From contig NC_086105.1 of NCBI RefSeq assembly GCF_963921235.1, positions 55,862,001-55,926,000 on the forward strand: a stretch of 64,000 nt of DNA, written 5' to 3'. Origin of the DNA: Mobula hypostoma. Its lineage: Eukaryota. The translations under genes and the position numbers were made by a program. This document shows, in pieces, positions 25,725-38,700 of this stretch. Under the pieces are notes generated by a model. The model saw only the letters and a list, made by a program, of their open reading frames with translations. It did no database searches and was not told where the DNA came from. Positions within the stretch are counted from its first letter, which is position 1, and every line of letters begins with the position of its first letter.

Positions 25725-26441
25725 ATAGAACATAGAATAGTACAGCACAGTACAGGCCCTTCGGCCCACAATGTTGTGCCGACCCTCAAACCCTGCCTCC
25801 CATATAAGCCCCCACCTTAGATTCCTCCATATACCTGTATAGTAGTCTCTTAAACTTCACTAGTGTATCTGCCTCCACCACTGACTCAGGCAGTGCATTC
25901 CACGCACCAACCACTCTCTGAGTAAAAAATCTTCCTCTAATATCCCCCTTGAACTTCCCACCCCTTACCTTACAGCCATGTCCTCTTGTATTGAGCAGTG
26001 GTGCCCTGGGGAAGAGACGCTGGCTATCCACTCTATCTATTCCTCTTATTATCTTGTACACCTCTATCATGTCTCCTCTCATCCTCCTTCTCTCCAAAGA
26101 GTAAAGCCCTAGCTCCCTTAATCTCTGATCATAATGCTTACTTTCTAAACCAGGCAGCATCCTGGTAAATCTCCTCTGTACCCTTTCCAATGCTTCCACA
26201 TCCTTCCTATAGTGAGGTGACCAGAACTGGACACAATACTCCAAGTGTGGCCTAACCAGAGTTTTATAGAGCTGCATCATTACATCACGACTCTTAAACT
26301 CTATCCCTCGACTTATGAAAGCTAACACCCCATAAGCTTTCTTAACTACCCTATCTACCTGTGAGGCAACTTTCAGGAATCTATGGACATTTACCCCCAG
26401 ATCCCTCTGCTCCTCCACACTACCAAGTATCCTGCCATTTA
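25725..26441 (-). mobile_element. Young 5'-truncated CR1
   Basis: Open frame NGRILGSVEEQRDLGV...LYKTLVRPHLEYCVQFWSP...FFTQRVVGAWNALP; TTCTATGTTCTAT tail. Confidence 0.92.
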
Positions 26442-26470
26442 TCAGCGATAATAAACCAGAGTCTGATTTC

Positions 26471-26750
26471 CATAAGACCATAAGAGATAGGGTCATAATT
26501 AGGCCATTTGGCCTATTGAGTCTGCTCTGGCATTTGATCATGGCTGATTTATTTTCCATCTCAACTCCATTTTCCTGCATTCTCCCCGTAACCTTTGACG
26601 CCCTTACTAATTGAACACCTATCAACCTCTGCTTTAAATATACCCTATAACTCTCCACACCATCTGTGGCAATGAATTCCACAGATTCACCACCCTCTGG
26701 CAAAAGAAATTCCTCCCTATCTCTGTTCCATTTCCTCTCATCTCTGAGGC
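26471..26750 (-). mobile_element. CR1 3' tail fragment
   Basis: cataagaccataaga tail; same family as 350-700. Confidence 0.75.
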
Positions 26751-27714
26751 TTCTTTCTTAAAGATCTCTAGAAGAAACAGGAGATGTTCAACAATCACAA
26801 ATACTTAAAAAAAAATGAAAGGCAATATGTTCAGGTGACAATATGCAGCACAAAAAGCATTTGTGCCATTAGTAGATGGGGATATATTTGGAAGGGGTCA
26901 AGTGTGGGAAATGTCGGGAGGGCGTAAAGGTTTCATCATGAAAATCGTAGAAATAAAAGAGTCAAAAGTTAGAAATGAGACTGGAAGTTTTTGCAGAAAA
27001 AAACATGCAGAAAATTCAGGTTTTATTGTAGTTAGAAGATTTGAAGTGTTAACTCTACATACTCCTTGTGCTGCCTTTTATTTTTGAAAACTCTGAATAG
27101 TATTAATAACAATATTTATTGATTATCTCCAAATATTAGATCCACGGGGCATTTTTTTCTTTTTTGCAGTACCTGGTGATCCCATATGGCTTGTGGATAG
27201 TCAAAGACAATTTACAGTGGGAATTGATTGCAGGAAGTAACTGTGACATTTAGAAGCCTTTCGACAAAGATATTTACTAATACGATGGGTAAAAATGACG
27301 GGCAGAGTTTGATCAACAGATCGATCCCAAATTTGCCCCAGCATCATATTGACCCATAACAATCTACCCTATAGCAATTCATTTTGGAAAATGGCATAAA
27401 AAAGAACATTTCTGTGATTCCCTTGGGCAATCATGAGCATTACAGAAGGTCCAATTAATTAAGGCCTACCTTAAATTGTTACTCCATTTATCAACGTGAT
27501 GCAATGTCACTCAACAAAAAATGCGGTGAAGCTCTATTTTTGAAGCAGGCAGAGCTGAATCCATCTGTTTCCTGGGAAAAAGACTGCAACATACAGCAAT
27601 CTCTTCCCTTGCTTTCCTTGGCATCCTGGGAGAGATCTCCTGAGGTCCTGTGGATTTATCCACCCCAATGTGTTACAATATTTGTAGCACTTCCTCCTTC
27701 CTGATACAGACAGA

Positions 27715-28280
27715 ATGAGATCAGAATCAGGTTTAATATCACTGGTGCATGTTGTGAAGTTTGTTAACTTTGTGGCAGCAGTACAATGCAATACCTGAAA
27801 AATATAGGGAAAAACGTGAAGTACAGTGACTAGATATATATGTGTATTAAATAGTTTAGTAGCGCAAAAAAATAAATTTAAAAGTAGTGAGGTTTTGTTC
27901 ATGGGTTCAATGTCCATTCAGAAATCAGATGGCAGAAGCTGGTTTTGAATCGCTGAGTGTGTGCCTTCAGGCTTCTGGACCTCCTTCCTGATGGTAATAA
28001 TGACAAGAGGGCATGTCCTGGGTGATGGGGGTCCTTGATGATGGAAGCTGCTTTTTTGAGGAACTGCTCCCTGAAGATGTCTTGGATACTACGAAGGTTA
28101 ATACCCGTGATGGAACTGACTAATTTTACAGCCTTCTGCAGTTTGCTACTATCTTGTGGAGTAGCCCCTCCACCCCCCAATGTACCAGATGGTGATGTAA
28201 GCAGTCAGAATGCTCTCCAGGGTACATCTGTAGAACTTTTCAAGTGTTTTAGGTGACAAACCAAATCTTATCAAACTGGC
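27715..28280 (-). mobile_element. Rex1/Babar-like LINE 3' fragment
   Basis: KAASIIKDPHHPGHALLSLLPSGRR motif; (TCTGAT)n tail. Confidence 0.75.
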
Positions 28281-28754
28281 TCCTGAGCATTAGTGTACTC
28301 AAAGATGTATAACTTCTTGTTTTTAGCAAGAGAAATCTAAGTTGATCACCTAAAAACCATTCTTCCAGCTCTCCTTTGTGCCTTTTTAGCATCCATAATA
28401 TAAGAAGGACAATAGGCCGATAAGAAGGCAGTGCTTAAAATGAAACCTCTATAAAGCATCTCTAGATTTTCAGGATGATTCGCTCTATAAAACGCTCATT
28501 GCTTTCGCTACAGCATCTCTACATCAATAATTAATCTTCTGTGACCTGTGCACAGCATTTGCATCCTACTCTCTGACAGACACTTTCTACAAATGATACA
28601 CATATTTTGTGTTGGTTGAAACTATGTGCAATATGCTATAATTTACTAGTGACAAGATGTTTTTACAAAAGATTACACTCCTCTGTTGTTTAAACTATTG
28701 ACGATTGTTTATATAATCTTCAGCCTCAGTAATATATCTCCAATTATTATTGTT

Positions 28755-29180
28755 TGAGGAGATTTGGTATGTCACCAAAGACTAGCAAATTTCTACAGAT
28801 GTACTGTGGAGAGCATTCGGACTGGTTGCATCACTCTCTGGTATGGACAAGCCACTACACAGGATTGTAAGAAGCTGCAGAAGTTTGTAGGCTCAGCCAG
28901 CTCCATCATGGGCACTAACCTCCTACCATTGAGGACCTCTTCAAAAGCGATGTCTCAGAAAGCTGGCATTCATCAGTAAGGACCTCCACCACCCGGGACA
29001 TGCCCTCTTTCTGTTTACTCCCGTCAGTGAGGAGGAACAGGAGACTGCAGGCACACGCTAAACACTTCAGGAACAGCCTCCCCCCACCAGATTTCTGAAC
29101 ACACAATGAACCCATGAACTCTACTGCAAAACAACAAATTTCACAACTTCTATCAGTGAAAATACACCCGAGTCTGATTC
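28755..29180 (+). mobile_element. Rex1/Babar-like LINE 3' fragment
   Basis: NFYRCTVESIRTGCITLWYG...DCKKLQKFV motif. Confidence 0.7.
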
Positions 29181-29739
29181 AATGTCACTCACTGTGGAGA
29201 TTATACACGAAGGTTGACATTTTACTCAACAATGATCCTATCCGTGTACCTGCCCAACTGTCCTTTAAATGCGGTTATTGTATGTGCCTCAACGACTTCC
29301 TCATCAATTCATTCCATATATGTATCACCCTCTGGTTTCTATTAAATCTCTCCGCTTTGGCCTGAAACCAAAGCTGCCTTATCTTGTTTCCCCATCCTTG
29401 GGAAGAGGATTGTGCATATTCACCCTATCTATGACCCTCATAAGGCCTCCACTGATTCTCTTACACTCCAGTGAACAACTCCAGGACAATTGGCAGCTGA
29501 TGATAAGAACTTTTGGATTGCTGGAATGAAATTAATTTACAATCCGGCATATTGATACAATGACATTCTATCAAGACACCTTACCAAATGGATTCTAATA
29601 ACCCTAGAATGAAATATGAATGAGATCAGCCTTACCTGTTAACTGATTACCTAATAAAGTTTGTAAGACTTTCTCCTGCCTTGGAACAGTTACTAAAATG
29701 GCTTGCCCTGGTTCCTTGATTTGAAGTTCATATAATGAA

Positions 29740-32700
29740 ATGTGGTGTAAGAAAATATTCTGAAGTTTTTTTTACCCAAGTGTTGGTGAAATGGTCAACA
29801 CCAAGCTACATCAGGAGATACCAGAGAAGATTACCAAATGACTGTCCCAAACACTGTTTTTTGAGGAGCACAATAGATATCTGGGGAATTAGAGGGATTG
29901 AGGAAGGGAATTTCAGAACTTCGGACTCATTCAGTAAAGAATGGCCACAAAAACCTCAAAAGTCAAGAACTGAAGGAGAAATGACCAAGTGAGAAAAGGA
30001 AGCGAAATCCTTTACAACATGGTGAGTACCGAGAATCTAGGCCGCACAGCCAGGGAGAATGGTGGAGGCAGTTTCTAAACAGCTATATAAATACTGAAAA
30101 AAAAAAATTGCAGAGTTGCTGGATTGCTCTTCCATCAAGAGGATTCAACTCTGGGCCAAATGGTCTCCTTATGCAGTAACCTTTCAGGAACTGATATTCT
30201 GCCATGTGCAAGAAGCTAGAACTGGACTGCTGGAGGTGGTTTACAGAGACTGCACTTCTGGAGATGGTTTACAGTGACTGCACCGCTGGAGGTGGTTTAC
30301 AGAGACTGCACTGCTGGAGGTGGTTTACAGAGACTGCACTGCCGGAGATGGTTTACAGTGACTGCACCGCTGGAGGTGGTTTACAGAGACTGCACTGCTG
30401 GAGGTGGTTCACAGTGACTGCACTGCTGGAGGTGGTTTAAATTGACTGCACTGCTGGAGGTGGTTTACAGTGACTGCACTGCTGGAGGTGGTTTAGAGTG
30501 ACTACAACGCTGGAGGTGGTTTACAGTGACTGCGCTGCTGGAGGTGGTTTACATTGACTGCACTGCTGGAGGTGGTTTACAGTGACTGCACTGCGGGAGG
30601 TGGTTTACAGAGACTGCACTGCTGGAGGTGGTTTACAGTGACTGCACTGCGGGAGGTGGTTTACAGTGACTGCAACGCTGGAGGTTGTTTACAGAGAGTG
30701 CACTGCTGGAAGTGGTTTACAGAGACTGCACTGTGGGAGGTGGCTCACAGTGACTGCACCTTTGGAGGTGGTTTACAGAGACTGCACTGCTGGAGGAGGT
30801 GGTTTACAGAGACTGCACTGCGGTGGGGGGGTGTTTTACAGTGACTGCACTGCTGGAGGGGGTGGTTTACAGCGACTGCACTGCGGGAGGTGGTTCACAG
30901 TGACTGCACTGCGTGAGGTGGTTTACAGTGACTGCACTGCAGGAGGTGGTTTACAGTGACTGCACTGCTGGAGATGGTTTACAGTGACTGCACTGCTGGA
31001 GGTGGATACAGTGACCGCACTGCCAGAGGTGGTTTACAGTGTCTGCAATGCTGGAGGTGGTTTACAGAGACTGCACTGCGTGAGGTGGTTTACAGTAACT
31101 GCACTGCGGGAGGTGGTTTACAGTGACTGCAACGCTGGAGGTGGTGGTTTACAGTGACTGCAATGCTGGAGCTGGTTTACAGTGACTGCACTGCGGGAGG
31201 TGGTTTACAGCGACTGCAATGCTGGAGCTGGTTTACAGTGACTGCACTGCGGGAGGTGGTTTACAGCGACTGCACTGCGGGGGGTGGTTCACAGTGACTG
31301 CACTGCGGGAGGTGGTTCACAGTGACTGCACTGCGGGAGGTGGTTTACAGCGACTGCACTGCTGGAGGTGGTTCACAGTCACTGCACTGCTGGAGGTGGT
31401 TCACAGTGACTGCACTGCGGGAGGTGGTTTACAGCGACTGCACTGCTGGAGGTGGTTTACAGTGACTGCACTGCTGGAGGTGGTTTGCAGTGACTGCACT
31501 GCGGGAGGTGGTTTACAGGGACTGCACTGCTGGAGGTGGTTTACAGTGACTGCAACGCTGGAGGTGGTGGTTTACAGTGACTGCAACGCTGGAGGTGGTG
31601 GTTTACAGCGACTGCAACGCTGGAGGTGGTTTACAGTGACTGCACTGCTGGAGGTGGTTTACAGTGACCGCACTGCTGGTGGTGGTTTACAGTGACTGCA
31701 ATGCTGGAGGTGGTGGTTTACAGCGACTGCAACGCTGGAGGTGGTTTACAGAGACTGCAGCGCTGGAGGTGGATACAGTGACTGCACTGCTGGAGGTGGT
31801 TTACAGTGACTGCACCGCTGGAGGTGGTTTACAGTGACTGCACTGCTGGAGGTGGTTTGCAGTGACTGCACTGCGGGAGGTGGTTTACAGAGACTGCAAC
31901 GCTGGAGGTGGTTTACAGCGACTGCAACGGTGGAGGTGGTTTACAGTGACCGCACTGCCGGAGGTGGTTTACAGAGACTGCAACGCTGGAGGTGGTTCAC
32001 AGCGACTGCAACGCTGGAGGTGGTTTACAGTGACTGCACTGCTGGAGGTGGTTTACAGTGACTGCACTGCTGGAGGTGGTTTACAGTGACCGCACTGCTG
32101 GAGGTGGTTTACAGAGACTGCACTGCTGGAGGTGGTTTACAGAGACTGCACTGCTGGAGGTGGTTCACAGTGACTGCACTGCTGGAGGTGGTTTACAGTG
32201 CCTGCACTGCGGGAGGTGGTTTACAGTGACTGCACTGCGGGAGGTGGTTCACAGTGACTGCACTGCGGGAGGTGGTTCACAGTGACTGCACTGCGGGAGG
32301 TGGTTTACAGAGACTGCACTGCGGGAGGTGGTTTACAGAGACTGCAACGCTGGAGGCGGTGGTTTACAGTGACTGCAATGCTGGAGGTGGTTTACAGTGA
32401 CTGCACTGCTGGAGGTGGTGGTTTACAGTGACTGCACTGCGGGAGGTGGTTTACAGTGACTGCACTGCTGGAGGTGGTTTACAGTGACTGCACTGCTGGA
32501 GGTGGTTTACAGTGACTGCACTGCTGGAGGTGGTTTACAGTGACTGCACTGCTGGAGGTGGTTTACAGTGACTGCACTGCTGGAGGTGGTTTACAGTGAC
32601 TGCAACGCTGGAGGTGGTTTACAGTGACTGCACTGCTGGAGGTGGTTTACAGTGACTGCACTGCTGGAGGTGGTTTACAGAGACTGCACTGCTGGAGGTG

Positions 32701-35700
32701 GTTTACAATGACCGCACTGCTGGAGGTGGTTTACAGAGACTGCAACGCTGGAGGTGGTTTACTGCGACTGCACTGCTGGAGGTGGTTTACAGAGACTGCA
32801 CTGCTGGAGGTGGTTTACAGTGACCGCACTGCTGGAGGTGGTTTACAGTGACTGCACTGCTGGAGGTGGTTTACAGAGACTGCACTGCTGGAGGTGGTTT
32901 ACAGTGACCGCACTGCTGGAGGTGGTTTACAGTGACTGCACTGCTGGAGGTGGTTTACAAAGACTGCACTGCTGGAGGTGGTTTACAGTGACTGCACTGC
33001 TGGTGGTGGTTTACAGTGACTGCACTGCTGGTGGTGGTTTACAGTGACTGCACTGCTGGTGGTGGTTTACAGTGACTGCACTGCTGGAGGTGGTTTACAG
33101 TGACTGCACTGCTGGTGGTGGTTTACAGTGACTGCACTGCTGGAGGTGGTTTACAGTGACTGCACTGCTGGAGGTGGTTTACAGTGACTGCACTGCTGGT
33201 GGTGGTTTACAGTGACTGCACTGCTGGAGGTGGTTTACAGTGACTGCACTGCTGGAGGTGGTTTACAGTGACTGCACTGCTGGAGGTGGTTTACAGTGAC
33301 TGCACTGCTGGTGGTGGTTTACAGTGACTGCACTGCTGGAGATGGTTTATAGTGACTGCACTGCTGGTGATGGTTCACAGTGACTGCACTGCTGGAGGTG
33401 GTTTACAAAGACTGCACTGCTGGAGGTGTTTTATAGTGACCGCACTGCTGGAGGTGGTTTACAGTGACCGCAATGCTGGAGGTGGTTTACAGAGACTGCA
33501 CTGCCGGAGGTGGTTTACAAAGACTGCACTGCTGGAGGTGGTTCACAGTGACTGCACTGCCGGAGGTGGTTTACAGAGACTGCACTGCTGGTGGTGGTTT
33601 ACAGAGACTGCAACGCTGGAGGTGGTTTACAGTGACCGCCCTGCTGGAGGTGGTTTACAGTGACTGCACTGCCGGAGGTGGTTTACAGAGACCGCACTGC
33701 TGGAGGTGGTTCACAGTGACTGCACTGCGGGATGTGGTTTACAGTGACTGCAACGCTGGAGGTGGTAGTTTACAGAGACTACACTGCTGGAGGTGGTTCA
33801 CAGGGACTGGACTGCGGGATGTGGTTTACAGTGACTGCAACGCTGGAGGTGGTAGTTTACAGTGACTGCAATGCTGGAGGTGGTTTACAGAGAGTGCACT
33901 GCTGGAGGTGGATACAGTGACCGCACTGCGCGAGGTGGTTTACAGTGACTGCAACGCTGGAGGTGGTGGTTTACAGTTACTGCAACGCTGGAGGTGGTTT
34001 ACAGAGACTGCACTGCGGGAGGTGGTTTACGGAGACGGCACTGCTGGAGGTGGTTTACAGAGACTGCAATGCTGGAGGTGGTTTACAGAGACTGTACTGC
34101 TGGAGGTGGTTTACAGAGACTGTACTGCTGGAGGTGGTTCACAGTGACTTCACTACTGGAGGTGGTTTACAGTGCCTGCACTGCGGGACGTTGTTTACAG
34201 TGACTGCACTGCGGGAGGTGGTTCACAGTGACTGCACTGCGGGAGGTGGTTCACAGTGACTGCACTGCGGGAGGTGGTTCACAGTGACTGCACTGCTGGA
34301 GGTGGTTTACAGAGACTGCAACGCTGGAGGTGGTTTACAGAGACTGCAACGCTGGAGATGGTTTACAGTGACTGCAACGCTGGAGGTGGTTTACAGTGAC
34401 TGCACTGCTGGAGGTGGTGGTTTACAGTGACTGCAATGCTGGAGGTGGTTTACAGTGACCGCACTGCTGGAGGTGGTGTTTTACAGTGACTGCACTGCGG
34501 GAGGTGGTTTACAGAGACTGCACTGACGGAGGTGGTTTACAGTGACTGCACTGCTGGAGGTGTTTCACAGTGACTTCACTGCTGGAGGTGGTTTACAGTG
34601 CCTGCACTGCGGGAGGTGGTTCACAGAGACTGCACTGCTGGTGGTGGTTTACGGAGACTGCAACGCTGGGTGTGGTTTACAAAGACTGCAATGCTGGAGG
34701 TGGTTTACAGTGACTGTAACGCTGGAGGTGGTTTACAGTGACTGCACCGCAGGAGGTGGTTTACAGAGACTGCACTGCTGGATGTGGTTTACAGTGACTG
34801 CACTGCTGGAGGTGGTTTATAGTGACTGCACTGCTGGAGGTGGTTCACAGTGACTGCACTGCTGGAGGTGGTTTACAGAGACTGCACTGCTGGTGGTGGT
34901 TTACAGTGACTGCACTGCTGGAGATGGTTTACAGTGACTGCACTGCTGGAGGTGGTTTACAGTGACTGCACTGCCGGAGGTGGTTTACAGAGACTGCACT
35001 GCTGGTGGTGGTTTACAGTGACTGCACTGCTGGAGGTGGTTTACAGAGACTGCACTGCTAGTGGTGGTTTACAGTGACTGCACTGCTGGAGATGGTTTAC
35101 AGTGACTGCACTGCTGGAGGTGGTTTACAGTGACTGCACTGCTGGAGGTGGTTTACAGTGACTGCACTGCTGGAGGTGGTTTACAGTGACTGCACTGCTG
35201 GAGGTGGTTTACAGTGACTGCACTGCTGGAGGTGTTTTACAGTGACTGCACTGCTGGAGATGGTTTACAGTGACTGCACTGCTGGAGGTGGTTTACAGAG
35301 ACTGCACTGCTGGTGGTGGTTTACAGTGACTGCACTGCCGGAGGTGGTTTACAGAGACTGCACTGCTGGAGATGGTTTACAGTGACTGCACTGCTGGAGG
35401 TGGTTTACAGTGACCGCAATGCTGGAGATGGTTTACAGTGACTGCACTGCTGGAGGTGGTTTACAGTGACCGAACTGCTGGAGGTGGTTTACAGTGACTG
35501 CACTGCTGGAGGTGGTTTACAGTGACTGCACTGCTGGAGGTGGTTTACAGTGACTGCACTGCTGGAGGTGGTTTACAGTGACCGCAATGCTGGAGGTGGT
35601 TTACAGTGACCGCGCTGCTGGAGGTGGTTAACAGTGACTGCACTGCCGGAGGTGGTTTATAGAGACTGCACTGCTGGAGGTGGTTTACAGTGACTGCACT

Positions 35701-38700
35701 GCTGGAGGTGGTTTACAAAGACTGCACTGCTGGAGGTTTTTTACAGTGACTGCACTGCTGGGGGTGTTTCCCAGTGACTGCACTGTTGGAGGTGGTTTAC
35801 AGTGACTGCACTGCTGGAGGTGGTTTACAAAGACTGCACTGCTGGAGGTGGTTCACAGTGACTGCACTTCTGGAGGTGGTTTACAGTGACTGCAAAGCTG
35901 GAGGTGGTGGTTTACAGTGACTGCGACGCTGGAGTTGGTTTACAGAGAGTGCACTGCTGGAGGTGGTTTACAGTGACCGCACTGCGCGAGGTGGTTAACA
36001 GTGACTGCACTGCTGGAAGTGGTTTACAGAGACTGCAACGCCGGAGGTGGTTTACAAAGACTGCACTGCTGGAGGTGGTGCACAGTGACTGCACTGCTGG
36101 AGGTGGTTTACAGAGGCTGCAATGCTGGAGGTGGTTTACAGAGACTGTACTGCTGGAGGTGGTTCACAGTGACTTCACTGCTGGAGGTGGTTTACAGTGC
36201 CTGCACTGCGGGAGGTTGTTTGCAGTGACTGCACTGCGGGAGGTGGTTCACAGTGACTGCACTGCTGGTGGTGGCTTACAGAGACTGCAACGCTGGAGGT
36301 GGTTTACAGAGACTGCAACGCTGGAGATGGTTTACAGTGACTGCAACGCTGGAGGTGGTTTACAGTGACTGCACTGCTGGAGGTGGTGGTTTACAGTGAC
36401 TGCACTGCGGCAGGTGGTTTACAGTGACTGCACTGCTGGAGGTGGTTTACAGAGACCGCACTGCTGGAGGTGGTTTACAGTGACCGCACTGCTGGAGGTG
36501 GTTTATAGTGACCGCACTGCTGGAGGTGGTTTACAGAGTCTGCAACGCTGGAGGTGGTTTACAGTGACCGCACTGCCGGAAGTGGTTTATAGTGACTGCA
36601 CTGCTGGAGGTGGTTCACAGTGACTGCACTGCGGGAGGTGGTTTACAGTGACTGCAACGCTGGAGGTGGCTGTTTACAGTGACTGCAATGCTGGAGGTGG
36701 TTTACAGAGAGTGCACTGCTGGAGGTGGATAGAGTGACCGCACTGCGCGAGGTGGTTTACAGTGACTGCACTGCTGGAGGTGGTGGTTTACAGTGACTGC
36801 AACGCTGGAGGTGGTTTACAGAGTGTGCACTGTGCGAGGTGGTTTACAGTGACTGCACTGCTGGAGATGGTTTACAGAGACCGCTCTGCTGGAGGTGGTT
36901 TACAGAGACTGCACTGCGGGAGGTGGTTTACATTGACTGCAACGCTGGAGGTGGTTTACAGTGACCGCACTGCTGGAGGTGGTTTACAGTGACCGCACTG
37001 ACGGAGGTGGTTCACAGTGACTGCACTGCGGGAGGTGGTTTACAGAGACTGCACTGACGGGGGTGGTTTACAGTGACTGCACTGCTGGAGGTGGTTCACA
37101 GTGACTTCACTGCTGGAGGTGGTTTACGGAGACTGCAACGCTGGGTGTGGTTTACAAAGACTGCAATGCTGGAGGTGGTTTACAGTGACTGTAACGCTGG
37201 AGGTGGTTTACAGTGACTGCACCGCAGGAGGTGGTTTACAGAGACTGCACTGCTGGATGTGGTTTACAGAGACTGCACTGCTGGATGTGGTTTACAGTGA
37301 CTGCACCGCTGGAGGTGGTTTACAGAGACTGCACTGCCAGATGTGGTTTACAGAGACTGCACTGCTGGAGGTGGTTTACAGTGACCGCTCTGCTGGAGGT
37401 GTTTTACAGTGACCGCACTGCTGGAGGTGGTTTACAGTGACCGCACTGTGCGAGGTGGTTTACAGAGACCGCACTGCTGGAGGTGGTTCACAGTGACTGC
37501 ACTGCTGGAGGTGGTTTACAGTGACTGCACTGCTGGTGGTGGTTTACAGTGACCGCACTGCTGGAGATGGTTTACAGTGACTGCACTGCTGGAGGTGTTT
37601 TACAAAGACTGCACTGCTGGAGGTGGTTTACAGTGACTGCACTGCTGGAGGTGGTTCACAGTGACTTCACTGCTGGAGGTGGTTCACAGTGACTGCACTG
37701 CTGGAGGTGGTTCACAGTGACTGCACTGCTGGAGGTGGTTCACAGAGACTGCACTGCTGGTGGTGGTTTACAGTGACTGCACTGCTGGAGGTGGTTTACA
37801 AAGACTGCACTGCTGGAGGTGGTTCACAGTGACTGCACTGCTGGAGGTGGTTTACAGAGACTGCACTGTTGGAGGTGGTTTACAAAGACTGCACTGCTGG
37901 AGGTGGTTTACAAAGACTGCACTGCTGGAGGTGGTTCACAGTGACTGCACTGCTGGAGGTGGTTTACAGAGACTGCACTGCTGGAGGTGGTTTACAGAGA
38001 CTGCACTGTTGGAGGTGGTTTACAAAGACTGCACTGCTGGAGGTGGTTTACAAAGACTGCACTGCTGGAGGTGGTTTACAGAGACTGCACTGCTGGTGGT
38101 GGTTTACAGTGACTGCACTGCTGGAGATGGTTTACAGTGACTGCACTGCTGGTGGTGGTTTACAGTGACTGCACTGCTGGAGATGGTTTACAGTGACTGC
38201 ACTGCTGGAGGTGGTTTACAAAGACTGCACTGCTGGAGGTGGTTCACAGTGACTGCACTGCTGGAGGTGGTTTACAGAGACTGCACTGCTGGAGGTGGTT
38301 CACAGTGACTGCACTGCTGGAGGTGGTTCACAGTGACTGCACTGCTGGAGGTGGTTTACAGTGACTGCAACGCTGGAGGTGGTTTGCAGAGACTGCAACA
38401 CTGGAGGGGGTTTACAGTGACTGCACTGCCGGATGTGGTTTACGGTGACTGCAACGCTGGAGGTGGTTTACAGTCGGATGGAGACAGAGAGGCATGTAAG
38501 GATGACTTTTGAAAACAGGGTTGTTAATTTAAAAATAGAGGCATGCTCAGACAAGGAGTCAACATCGTAGGTAACCAGAAGTTAAAAGTATTCAAAGTAC
38601 ATTTGTTACTAAAGTATGGATACTGTATACAACCCTGAGGTTCACCTTCCCCAGAGACAGCCGCAAAACAAACCATGGAACCCATTCAAAGAAAAATGTC

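Noticed and set aside
25786-26703. 305-aa ORF as a host gene
   Set aside because: Chance read-through from a CR1 tail and a Rex fragment into a truncated CR1 RT C-terminus.
30204-38168. Many plus-strand ORFs with a 28-aa period containing Cys/His (zinc-finger array?)
   Set aside because: Three 28-bp units give 84 nt automatically; there is no C2H2 spacing, all frames give the same peptide, and TGA stops recur.
30221-38474. CRISPR array (28-bp repeats)
   Set aside because: Units are head-to-tail with no unique spacers, there are no cas genes, and the context is vertebrate.
30221-38474. Iron-responsive elements (CAGUGA)
   Set aside because: Flanks GTTTA and CTGCA cannot form the 5-bp upper stem.
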